Shown piece after piece: positions 1 to 8,902 of a stretch of 64,000 nt of DNA. Location of the stretch: positions 12,776 through 76,775 of the forward strand of contig DDPE01000075.1 in assembly GCA_002342035.1 (NCBI GenBank). Reading direction: 5' to 3'. A program made the position numbers and the translations under genes. Position 1 is the first letter of the stretch; every line of letters starts with the position of its first letter. This DNA comes from Asticcacaulis sp. UBA2476. GTDB taxonomy: Bacteria; Pseudomonadota; Alphaproteobacteria; Caulobacterales; Caulobacteraceae. The notes under the pieces are model-generated. The model searched no databases, was not told the DNA's origin, and worked only from the letters and a program-made list of their open reading frames with translations.

Positions 1-1321
1 CGGCTTCCTCCGCCGACGGCGTATAGTTGATCACCAGCCGATGCTTGCCGTCTTTACCCGGCTCCAGCGACACGGTGTTGTCTGCGCGGCGGGTATCAGC
101 GAAGTTGATATTCACCAGCCCCAGCGCGCCGTGAATATTTCGGAAAATCCCGGCTGCGGTGCGCATCCCGACAGGTAAGGACTGCGCCACCGGATGAATA
201 AGTGCTGTGGTCAGCGTCGTCATCAGGCCGTGCACATAGTCATGGGGATGATCCATCGGCGCGCCGATGGCGAGCTGATTATACTGATAGCTGTTGTCAT
301 CAAAGGGTGAGCCGACCCGCGCCAGATTGATGAACGGCATCAGCACCTGACGATTATCCATCAGGCCCGATAGCGCCACGTCCTGCCCCGTGTGATGCAG
401 CGACTGCAACAGGATGCGCGCACTGCCGATCGTGCCCGCCGCCAGCACCAGAGTCTCAACGGGCAGGGTAATCGCCACGCCATCCTCAAGGCGGTGGGCG
501 ATGATCTGTTTCACCCGACCACCATCGTCAAATTCAAACCGGTCAACGCGCACGCCCGGCAGATAGCTAAAGCCGGGTTGACGGCGCAGGTGCTCCAGCG
601 TGACCGATGGTGTATAGATCGACTGGGTCGGACAACCCCACAGGCACCGGCCACAGCGCGAACAGGCGGGACGGCCGCCATGATCCTGGGACAGAGACGC
701 GATGCGGGCGCGGCCCAGATACATATTGTGCTTGGCGGTCAGCTTGGCGCGCTTGGCCGAATAGGTCGCCAGCAGATGTTGCGAGTGCTCATCCATAGGG
801 ATCGGCGTTTGCAAGGCTTCGTGAGTCGGCATGAAGGCCGACAGGTCATCATCGGTGACCCCGCTGACGCCGATGCGGCGCGCGACCTCACTGTAGGCCG
901 GTTCCATATCTGACCAGCCAATGGGAAAGGCCTCAAGCTCACCGTCCGTGAACGGATAGGACCCGGCTGTCCACGCCTGCGCCAATCCGCCGCCAGCATA
1001 GGACGACAGGGGCGCGATACCCGCGACCTTTTGATCGGCACCGATCACATCACGCAGGACGTATTCTTTCGACGGCGGAAAACCGTAATATTCACTGCCG
1101 TTTGAGGGCAGTATCAGGGATGAGTAGTCCTCACCCAGAAAATAGGATACCGGATCGTCGAGGTCGGTTTTCAGGCCGTTGAGCGACGCACCCGGCAGAG
1201 CCGATTCAGGGCCGGTGACCCCGATGTCGATCAGGGTCACGGTGCGGCCACGTTCAAGCGCGGTCTGGGCGGCATGGACGGCCGACGCGCCGCCGCCGAT
1301 GATGACGAGGTTATCGCTCAT
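1..1321 (-). CDS. GMC-family FAD oxidoreductase with CxxCxxCxxxC motif (partial, runs off left edge; absent from ORF track)
   Basis: Manual translation from ATG at 1321 gives MSDNLVIIGGGASAVHAAQTALERGRTVTLIDIG (GxGxxA FAD motif), then AGGGLAQAWTAG, RPACSRCGRCLWGCP and LVLAAGTIGSARILL. The start overlaps the upstream gene's stop (ATGA). Confidence 0.85.
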   Translation of the reverse strand, partial: MSDNLVIIGGGASAVHAAQTALERGRTVTLIDIGVTGPESALPGASLNGLKTDLDDPVSYFLGEDYSSLILPSNGSEYYGFPPSKEYVLRDVIGADQKVAGIAPLSSYAGGGLAQAWTAGSYPFTDGELEAFPIGWSDMEPAYSEVARRIGVSGVTDDDLSAFMPTHEALQTPIPMDEHSQHLLATYSAKRAKLTAKHNMYLGRARIASLSQDHGGRPACSRCGRCLWGCPTQSIYTPSVTLEHLRRQPGFSYLPGVRVDRFEFDDGGRVKQIIAHRLEDGVAITLPVETLVLAAGTIGSARILLQSLHHTGQDVALSGLMDNRQVLMPFINLARVGSPFDDNSYQYNQLAIGAPMDHPHDYVHGLMTTLTTALIHPVAQSLPVGMRTAAGIFRNIHGALGLVNINFADTRRADNTVSLEPGKDGKHRLVINYTPSAEEA

Positions 1322-2655
1322 GACCGGTCTCCCTTACCCTTACTGCCCAAAACCAGCTTGGCCGGAATGAAGATCAGCGCGCCCAGCAATACCCCGAAAG
1401 CGGCTTCGATCCCACGCAGAACCATGAACGGCCAGGCCATGCCCTTGGGGTCAGGCGCATCCAGTTCGTGAAAACTGGGCGGGGCCGATTCCAGCAGGGC
1501 CATGGTCAAGACCACCTTAGCGCGCACGACCGATTGCCGCCCCAACAGGCCGGTGAAGCTGTCGGTCAGCCACACCCCAAACGCGCCGGAGCGGGCGACC
1601 TTGAGCAGCAGGCCCTCAAAACCATCAATGGGCTCAAGGGGATGGCGGCGGTGAAAATCGATATATTTGCCTTCCTGATACGCCGTGCCGCCCGTCCGGG
1701 TCAGGTGGCGGGCGAACAGGTAAAACTCTTTACTCAGCGTCGAATCCGAAACTGTATGGGCACCTTTGGGCGGGACGATCCGTTCATCCAAGACTTGAGG
1801 TACTGGCAGGTATTTGGCCATCAGCGGGTGCGGGTTTGCGACCGCATCATTGGCAAAGGCGGCTAACTGACCGCTGGTGAACGGCAGGAATGTGTACAGC
1901 GCGCCCTCAGCCGCCGCCAAGGATGCGCGCATGACCGCCAGCGGCAAATGCACAAATGTGGCGGGCTTATCGGCACCATTAAGTGCGCGCAGTTTGATCA
2001 GCAGGCCATGCATATCAAAGGTTTCCGCACCCCCGACTTCGATCGTGGCACCCTTGGCGTCGTCTGCGAAAGCCAGTACTGACAACAGGCTGGCGACATC
2101 ATCCGAGGTCACCGGCTGAACCCGGCTAAGGCCATCCCCGAACACGGGCGTCACCGGCAGGCCCGCCAGCTTCGACAGATTGGCCTGAACCGCCGAATCC
2201 GGGCCGAAGATCATGGTCGGGCGGATGATGGTCCAGCTTAGCGGGGCGGCTGATACCACCGCTTCGGCGGCATTGCGCGAGTCGGCATAGACATAGTGCT
2301 TACGATCGGTGAACTTGGCGGCAATGCTGGAGATATAGATGAAGCGCGTCACCCCGGCGGTGACAGCCGCATTTAGCAATGTGCGCGTGGCCTCGACATT
2401 TTCACGCATATAGTCGGCGGGGCGGGCCTTACCGGCAAGCCCCGCACAGTCGATGACGACCTCATAGCCGTTTAGCGCATGGGCGTAGTTTTGGGGTTCC
2501 AGCAAGTCTGACCTGATCCAGACCACGCCTTTGGGGGCGTCCTGCGGGCGGACATTGCGGTCAATGCCAAGCACCACATGACCGGCGTTTGCCAATAAGG
2601 CGCACAACCGGCTGCCAACCTGACCCGCCGCACCCGCGACCACAATTTTACGCAC
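1318..2655 (-). CDS. NAD-dependent epimerase/dehydratase (extended SDR) with ~140-aa C-terminal extension ending in a hydrophobic helix
   Basis: GAAGQVG Rossmann motif, FIYISS, YADSR (YxxxK-like, K replaced by R), IIRPTMIFG; GTG start. Confidence 0.8.
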   Translation of the reverse strand: MRKIVVAGAAGQVGSRLCALLANAGHVVLGIDRNVRPQDAPKGVVWIRSDLLEPQNYAHALNGYEVVIDCAGLAGKARPADYMRENVEATRTLLNAAVTAGVTRFIYISSIAAKFTDRKHYVYADSRNAAEAVVSAAPLSWTIIRPTMIFGPDSAVQANLSKLAGLPVTPVFGDGLSRVQPVTSDDVASLLSVLAFADDAKGATIEVGGAETFDMHGLLIKLRALNGADKPATFVHLPLAVMRASLAAAEGALYTFLPFTSGQLAAFANDAVANPHPLMAKYLPVPQVLDERIVPPKGAHTVSDSTLSKEFYLFARHLTRTGGTAYQEGKYIDFHRRHPLEPIDGFEGLLLKVARSGAFGVWLTDSFTGLLGRQSVVRAKVVLTMALLESAPPSFHELDAPDPKGMAWPFMVLRGIEAAFGVLLGALIFIPAKLVLGSKGKGDRS

Positions 2656-2687
2656 CTTGAAACGCCTCTTTCAAAATCAGACTAAGG

Positions 2688-4397
2688 CTACCAGATCGGC
2701 AGCGGTGAAATATAGGTGAAGTTTTGCATGGTTAAAATCACACGGTAAAAATTCCACAGAATGGTCACGACCATAAAGGCGGTAAATGCCTGTTGCCAAC
2801 GCCCTTTGAGTGATGCCCAGTAAACGGCGGTCAGCATGACCAGTGCCGGGACAAAGTGCGCAAAATGCTTGGTCTGGCGCCAGTCAACCAGACTAAAACC
2901 AATCGCGCCAATTGCAAACCACAGCACCAGAAACCCTACGCCTTGGCGGATACGACGCCCGCCGTAGATCAGCGCCAGACCAAAGGCGATCATGGTCAGC
3001 CAGCCATAGTGGGTGATGAACTGCATCCACAGTTCACCGGCGGACGGATAGACCCAGTCACTGACCACCTGATCCTCAGCCGCTTTGAGCCGTCCGATCA
3101 GGTGATCATAGATATGCTCTTCGTAAAACTCGTTCGGATCGACGCTAAAGCCATAGGCGATGAACGCCATCCACCCGGCCAGAAAGCCGAAACAGATGCC
3201 AAGCCCGGCCAGCACGTCTGTGCGCGCCATAACCTTTTGCCATGCGCCCTTGATGCCCCCGACAAACAGGCCCTTTAGGCCGCCGTCTATCAGGAAACGC
3301 AAACCGACATGCACCGGCACGGCCATGGGCAAAAGCGCACCCTTCTGGTCGGAGATAGACGACATGAACGAGGCCCAGAAACCCCGGCGGCGATCGCTGT
3401 CGACCGGATCGGTCACACCGGCGCCGTGGGTGAACAGGCCCGAAGCCCGCAAATAGAAATAGGCGCTGCACACCAGCCAGAAGTTACTGATGGCCATGTA
3501 GCCGCCATAACTTGACCTGACATAGATTTCGGGGAAGGTCGCGTAAAACACCCCCGCACCTGCCGCCGCAATCAGCGATCCGGACAGGCGATACACCAGA
3601 AAGCCGAGCGGAAAGATAATCAGGAAGCTGAGGAAAATATTGGGTGTGCGCGTCGCCAGCAATAGCGGTGTCGCATTGAACTGCACAAACGACTGATCCC
3701 AAGCCGCCTTGCGGTCAAAAGCCGGGTCCTTGGCCGCGACGGAGGCGTCATAGTAATATTTGAAGCCGTCGATCTGGTCTTCAAACAAAGCCCCTTCGCC
3801 GATCCAGAAATGCAGCATCAGCGGGTGGGCCAGATAGAACCGGGTGCCGCGATTGGTGACCATGTTGGGCGTGCCGTCATTGATCATGCCGTAGGCGGTC
3901 GCCTGAAGCTCCATGTCCTGATCTTCGAGCTGTGGTACGAACTTCGTCGCCCCCATGAACGATTGCAGGTAAAACAGGGCCGCCACTGCCAGCAGAACGG
4001 CGGGCAGGGGCTTGACGATCTCGGTCAGGTCGAACCAGTCGCGCTTAGTGCCAAACCACAAACCGGCATTGACGATGACCGCAAGACCGACCACGAACGC
4101 GATACGGCTGGTCGGGCCCGGCAGGGGCATAAGGGCCAACCACACGGCTGCCGATGCCAGAATGGAGATAATGACCACCCGAAATAGCAGGACCACGAAA
4201 TCACGCCCGCGCATATCTGACCAGGCCAGACCCGGCAGGATCATCATCATCAGGCCCGCCACAAACGGCTGCAACACCTCCGGCAGGACTTTGAGGCTAA
4301 AAAGCCCAAACACCAGCGGCAGATTGAACGCCAGTACGCGGATGATCAGGGCGGTGGGCAGGGATTTGGGTGTCACGGGGGTTAGGTCAGAGGTCAC
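2688..4397 (-). CDS. Polytopic membrane protein, probable GT-C-fold (ArnT/PMT-like) glycosyltransferase
   Basis: Many TM helices, an acidic EDQD motif and HP motif in a large loop after the N-terminal helices; lies directly downstream of a GtrB-like GT2. Confidence 0.55.
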   Translation of the reverse strand: MTSDLTPVTPKSLPTALIIRVLAFNLPLVFGLFSLKVLPEVLQPFVAGLMMMILPGLAWSDMRGRDFVVLLFRVVIISILASAAVWLALMPLPGPTSRIAFVVGLAVIVNAGLWFGTKRDWFDLTEIVKPLPAVLLAVAALFYLQSFMGATKFVPQLEDQDMELQATAYGMINDGTPNMVTNRGTRFYLAHPLMLHFWIGEGALFEDQIDGFKYYYDASVAAKDPAFDRKAAWDQSFVQFNATPLLLATRTPNIFLSFLIIFPLGFLVYRLSGSLIAAAGAGVFYATFPEIYVRSSYGGYMAISNFWLVCSAYFYLRASGLFTHGAGVTDPVDSDRRRGFWASFMSSISDQKGALLPMAVPVHVGLRFLIDGGLKGLFVGGIKGAWQKVMARTDVLAGLGICFGFLAGWMAFIAYGFSVDPNEFYEEHIYDHLIGRLKAAEDQVVSDWVYPSAGELWMQFITHYGWLTMIAFGLALIYGGRRIRQGVGFLVLWFAIGAIGFSLVDWRQTKHFAHFVPALVMLTAVYWASLKGRWQQAFTAFMVVTILWNFYRVILTMQNFTYISPLPIW

Positions 4398-4400
4398 AAT

Positions 4401-5405
4401 CTATCTCCGGCCGTGTTCGGCAAAGGCCGCCAGCGGGGCGGCGGTGTCAAGGTCGGTGGTGGCCGTCTCAGCGGAACTGGCGACTTCCTGCACGATATAG
4501 ACGGGCCGGGGTTTGATCTCGTTAAAGATACGGCCGAGATATTCGCCTAAAATCCCGATACAGATCAACTGCACGCCGCCTAAGAACAACATGGCGACCA
4601 TCATGGTGGCCCAGCCTTCGACCGTGATGCCAAAGGCCCACTGCACAAACACGGACGCCAGATAAAGGAACGCCAGCGCCGACGCGCCGTAACCCATCCA
4701 GGTTGCCACTTTCAGCGGCGTGTTGGAAAACGAGGTAATGCCGTCGAAGGCGAATTTTAGCATTTTCTTGAGCGGGTACTTGGTTTCCCCAGCAAAGCGT
4801 TCATCGCGGTCATAAAGCACAAAAGTTTGCGGGAAGCCGACCCAGCTTACCAGCCCGCGAATGAAGCGATCCTTTTCACGCATAGCCCGTAGCTCGTTGG
4901 CTACACGGGCCGAGATCAGGCGGAAATCACCGACATCCTGCGGGATATCGATGTTGGAAAGTGAGCGTAGCAGGCGGTAAAACATCGCCGCGGTCCACAG
5001 CTTGAACCTGGTCTCCCCTTCGCGGCGGGCGCGTTTGGCATAGACCACATCAAAGCCATCACGCCATTTGGTGACCATCTCATGGATCAGCTCGGGCGGG
5101 TCCTGAAGGTCGGCATCGATAAAGACAATGGCGTCGCCGCATGCGTGATCAAGGCCGGCGGTAATGGCAATCTGATGGCCGAAATTACGCGAAAATTTAA
5201 CAACCTTGACGCGCGGATTGGTGGCGGCAAATTCGCTCATGATCTTAAAACTGTCGTCACGGCTGCCGTCATCGACATAGATCATTTCATAATCGAGCCC
5301 ATCCAGGCTTTCCATGACGGCCAAAGCGCGCGCATGAAATGCCTGAATACCTTCCGCTTCGTTATAGGCGGGGGTCACCAGAGACAGCAAAGGTTTGCGC
5401 GTCAT
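4401..5405 (-). CDS. GT2 polyprenyl-phosphate glycosyltransferase (GtrB/ArnC-like)
   Basis: PAYNE, VDDGSRD, SRNFGHQ, DADLQDPP, GDFRL, R-x-AGETKY and two C-terminal TM helices. Start moved to ATG 5405 (GGAG upstream). Confidence 0.92.
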   Translation of the reverse strand: MTRKPLLSLVTPAYNEAEGIQAFHARALAVMESLDGLDYEMIYVDDGSRDDSFKIMSEFAATNPRVKVVKFSRNFGHQIAITAGLDHACGDAIVFIDADLQDPPELIHEMVTKWRDGFDVVYAKRARREGETRFKLWTAAMFYRLLRSLSNIDIPQDVGDFRLISARVANELRAMREKDRFIRGLVSWVGFPQTFVLYDRDERFAGETKYPLKKMLKFAFDGITSFSNTPLKVATWMGYGASALAFLYLASVFVQWAFGITVEGWATMMVAMLFLGGVQLICIGILGEYLGRIFNEIKPRPVYIVQEVASSAETATTDLDTAAPLAAFAEHGRR

Positions 5406-5535
5406 GTCACTTGCTCCGTATTGGGTTGCGGCCATGACGCGGTGCAACACCTGTGCCATATGAACCTTTGAAGATCAGGCAAAAACCTGATCCAACCTCA
5501 CGCCACTCAAACTCATAAAGCCTTGAATACTAAAC

Positions 5536-6285
5536 TTAAGTACTAATGCCGCCGTCAATGATCAGGGTCTGACCCGTGATCATCCGCGCGCCGTCGCTCA
5601 GGAAAAAGCGCACGGCATTTAAGATATCCTCTTCATCGGCCAGCCGCCCGAGCGGGGTGCGTCCGACGATTTGTTTGAGCTGCGACGGTGACAGGGTCGA
5701 TGACATTTCGGTCGCCACATAGCCGGGGGCGACGCTGTTGACCGTAATCTGACGACGGCCCAGTTCGCGGGCCAAAGCCCGGCTAAAGCCATCGACACCG
5801 GCCTTTGAGGCCGAATACGCCGACAGGCCGTTATAGCCACGCGTGCCGATGATCGAGGAGATATTGATGATCCGTCCGCCCTGATTTTCAGAAGGCTTTT
5901 GCGCCAGCATGACCTTGGAGGCGGCGCGCGCCATCTGAATGGTGCCAAGCAGATTGATCTTTATAATGCGCTCGCTCTCGACATTCGGAAAGGATGCCAG
6001 AATCCCGGCCTGAGCGACCCCGGCATTATTGACCAGACCCCACAGGCCATCGTCACCCGCCCAGGCGACGGCGGCGTCGACGAAGGCATCGACCTGATCG
6101 GCTTCACCGACTTCGCACGCCTGCCATAAGAAGTAGGGGCCATATTCGGGATGGGCCTCAAGGCGGGCAATATTGTCGGTTTTCTTGCGGCTACAGGTTG
6201 AGACGCGATAGCCGTCAGCCAGAAGGCCTTCGATCATCACCGCACCCAGACCGCGGCTACCGCCGGTGACAATAACGTGACGCAT
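5536..6285 (-). CDS. FabG-like 3-oxoacyl-ACP reductase (classical SDR)
   Basis: TGGSRGLG, NNAG, YSASK, VAPG motifs; next to an ACP and a ligase. Confidence 0.85.
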   Translation of the reverse strand: MRHVIVTGGSRGLGAVMIEGLLADGYRVSTCSRKKTDNIARLEAHPEYGPYFLWQACEVGEADQVDAFVDAAVAWAGDDGLWGLVNNAGVAQAGILASFPNVESERIIKINLLGTIQMARAASKVMLAQKPSENQGGRIINISSIIGTRGYNGLSAYSASKAGVDGFSRALARELGRRQITVNSVAPGYVATEMSSTLSPSQLKQIVGRTPLGRLADEEDILNAVRFFLSDGARMITGQTLIIDGGIST

Positions 6286-6287
6286 AA

Positions 6288-7580
6288 CTATCCCTTTTTG
6301 TTCGCGGCGGAGACCGCGATCTTATCGACAAAATTAAGTGATCTGGGCACCGAATAGGCGGGCAGGGCTTCGCGACACGCGGTCAGGATCGCCTTACGCG
6401 CCGCCTTTTCATCGGCCCCGGCCTCAAGCACGACATCGGCTGCGACCAGCGCGCCGGTGACCGGATTGGGCTGGCCATAGACGCGGGCTTCGACCACCCC
6501 GTCCTGTTTCAGGATAAGGGCCTCGACCGGCAGGGGGTAAACTTTTGAGCCGCCGACATTGATGGTGTTGTCGTCACGGCCCAAGACCTTGACGCGGTCT
6601 CCGGCTAGTTCAACCAGATCGGCGGTCGCCAGCCAGCCATCATCCAATAGCGGCTGTGACGCGGCCGACAGGTAACCGCTCATCATGTTGGGGGTCTTGA
6701 TTTGCAGGAAGCCGTCCTTGATGCGAAGGGCCACGCCGGACGGGGCGGCTTCAAGCCATGCCGCCGGGAAGCCCTCAAGCCCGTCATGCACCGCATAGAC
6801 CACGCCCGCTTCGGTCGAGGCATAGGTGTGGGTGACGCGGGTATCAGGGAAGGCTTTGCGGATGCGGTCAAGCGTGGGCTGATCCGCCGCTTCGCCGCCC
6901 AGAGTGATTTGCGCAAGGCTCAATTGCGCCGGATCGGCGACCATCAGGAATGACCGCCAGAAGGTCGGTGTGCCGGAAATATGGGTGCCGTTCCAGTGGC
7001 GGCTGACGTGATAGAATCCGCCGATGGTGCGCTCAGCGGGCGTAATCAGAAGCCCGCCCCACAGGGCCGCGGTCAGGCTGACCTGAATACCGGCAAAGCC
7101 GGTCGGCTGATAGGTCAGCACCCAGCGCCCGCCCTGATCGGGGCGGCGTTTGACGCCGGCCTTGGCCTTGGCCAGCAAGCTTTGCAGGGAGTGGCCAGCG
7201 ACCTTGGGCATGCCTGTGGTGCCGGAGGTCATCATATAGATGCGGCCGTCTGCGGGGGTCTGGGTCGTTGAGCGCCAGTCGTGCTCACCATTCAGCACCA
7301 GCCCAATCCCGTGTTCAGCACAAATGGCCTCAATGCGGTCTTGCGCAATCGTGGTGTGGGCGATGAACAGATCCGCCCCCGCCCGATCACAGGCATCGAT
7401 CGCTTCAAGGATCAGAGCGGAATCGTCACTGCGTACCAGCACACGGGAAACCCCGCGCTCTGATATGGCCGATGACAGGTCATCGGCGCGTGCCCGGATA
7501 TCGCCGCGGGTGAACAGGGCTTCGCCCCGCGCCACCAGCGGCGTGTTATCTCCGGGTGTAAGATCCAGCCCCATCCGCAT
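6288..7580 (-). CDS. AMP-binding (ANL superfamily) acyl-ACP/CoA ligase
   Basis: MTSGTTGMPK P-loop, YASTE, TADL, GRDDNTINVGG, terminal catalytic Lys region (ANKK). Confidence 0.88.
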   Translation of the reverse strand: MRMGLDLTPGDNTPLVARGEALFTRGDIRARADDLSSAISERGVSRVLVRSDDSALILEAIDACDRAGADLFIAHTTIAQDRIEAICAEHGIGLVLNGEHDWRSTTQTPADGRIYMMTSGTTGMPKVAGHSLQSLLAKAKAGVKRRPDQGGRWVLTYQPTGFAGIQVSLTAALWGGLLITPAERTIGGFYHVSRHWNGTHISGTPTFWRSFLMVADPAQLSLAQITLGGEAADQPTLDRIRKAFPDTRVTHTYASTEAGVVYAVHDGLEGFPAAWLEAAPSGVALRIKDGFLQIKTPNMMSGYLSAASQPLLDDGWLATADLVELAGDRVKVLGRDDNTINVGGSKVYPLPVEALILKQDGVVEARVYGQPNPVTGALVAADVVLEAGADEKAARKAILTACREALPAYSVPRSLNFVDKIAVSAANKKG

Positions 7581-7584
7581 GCGA

Positions 7585-7830
7585 TTAACGCACGTAAAGC
7601 TTGGTCAGTTCACCGACCGTTTTGAATTCGATAAAGCCCTTGGCGAACGGATCGAAACCGATCTTCTTTTCCAGCTCGGACACGAGGGTGGCCAGATCGA
7701 GCGAGTCTATACCCAGTTCATCGCCCAGAACTTCGGTCGCAGGGGTGATTTCCGGCACGTCGAGGCCCTTGTCATCCAGAGTCTGGCTGATGATTTCAAC
7801 GATGGCGGCGTAGATTTGGTCTTCGGTCAT
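7585..7830 (-). CDS. Acyl carrier protein
   Basis: 81-aa acidic protein MTEDQIYAAIVEII...LGIDSLDLA with the phosphopantetheine Ser. Real ATG at 7830 with AAGGAG RBS, inside ORF-track call 7585..8169. Confidence 0.9.
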   Translation of the reverse strand: MTEDQIYAAIVEIISQTLDDKGLDVPEITPATEVLGDELGIDSLDLATLVSELEKKIGFDPFAKGFIEFKTVGELTKLYVR

Positions 7831-7840
7831 AGGGTTCTCC

Positions 7841-8902
7841 TTAGTTAGGTTTAGAACAGGTGGCCGCGTCTTTGAGCGTGGTGCGCAGATCGCCCACGAC
7901 TTGCTGGACTCGGAGGTGACGGGTTTCGGCCTTAAGGTGATAGACCGTGTCGAAAAACAGCGATTCATCGAATACATAATCGGACGGCGGACGCGGCGCC
8001 TTGACCGCATCAGGCCCGGTGATAAGGGCGGTGTGAACACTGTCGATCTGGGTTTTGTTGGCGGCGTAATAGTGACGCATGGTCGGGGTGTAGGACATGA
8101 CCACATGGACGCCTTTGGCTTCCATCGCTTTGGCATAGGCTTTGATTGCGGGCACAACCGTGGGGTCAATGCCGGTCTGATAAAGCTTGGTGCCCTCTTC
8201 GATGTCGCCGGTCCAGGTCACGCCCTTATGGCCGATCAGGTCGCCGGTCGGGGCAAAGCTTTTGAAGGACTCAACCTCAATCAGCTTATCGAGCAGATTG
8301 TCGCCTTTGGGCTTAAACAGTTCACCGCGCGCCGCTTGATTGCCGATGCGCAACAGCTTGGACTGGGCGACAAACGGGATGGCGGATACGGCCTCACCCA
8401 TCTGATGCGGGGTCAGGTAAGCGATGGCAGCGGGGTTGGTCTTGACGATGGCGTAAAGATCCTTGCCCGACCCTTCGATCGGCTTGCCAAAACTGTCCCA
8501 TTCAAAAGCGATGACGATGATGTCGCCGGGCCTCACATCGTCAGCCACTTCGCGCATCAGATAGCGCACACCGAAATAGCCGTTGAGGCCCATATTAACG
8601 GCCGGGCAGCCGGTTTCACGCTCAATCAGGGTCGAATCCATGCCGTAGGACAGGTTCGATCCGCCGACCAGAACGATCTTTTTGCCCGGTAAGGTCGACA
8701 GGCGGTCGTGCTTAAGCACGGTGGCGCGCGCATAGTCGTTATCATCGGGAATGCCCAGGACCACCGCCATCAGGGTCGCGACCGCGGCGGCACTCAGCAG
8801 GCCAAGGCGTGCCAGCAGGCTTAAGGCGCCCTTGGGTTTTGCGACCGCTGTTGGCAGCGCCGCGTCACCTTCATTTGGTTTTGGCGTTTCGCTGTCCATC
8901 AT
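7841..8902 (-). CDS. Membrane-anchored periplasmic SGNH-like protein (AlgJ/DltD-like putative acyltransferase)
   Basis: One N-terminal TM helix, IVLVGGSN (block-I Ser) and FFDTVYHL (DxxH); start overlaps the MBOAT stop codon. Confidence 0.65.
   Translation of the reverse strand: MMDSETPKPNEGDAALPTAVAKPKGALSLLARLGLLSAAAVATLMAVVLGIPDDNDYARATVLKHDRLSTLPGKKIVLVGGSNLSYGMDSTLIERETGCPAVNMGLNGYFGVRYLMREVADDVRPGDIIVIAFEWDSFGKPIEGSGKDLYAIVKTNPAAIAYLTPHQMGEAVSAIPFVAQSKLLRIGNQAARGELFKPKGDNLLDKLIEVESFKSFAPTGDLIGHKGVTWTGDIEEGTKLYQTGIDPTVVPAIKAYAKAMEAKGVHVVMSYTPTMRHYYAANKTQIDSVHTALITGPDAVKAPRPPSDYVFDESLFFDTVYHLKAETRHLRVQQVVGDLRTTLKDAATCSKPN

Noticed and set aside
392-1041. Small ORFs listed at the left edge
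   Set aside because: They are shadows of the real minus-strand GMC oxidoreductase (1-1321).
7831-8169. N-terminal 113 aa of ORF-track call 7585..8169
   Set aside because: Overlaps the SGNH-like gene in another frame. The true ACP starts at 7830 with a strong RBS.
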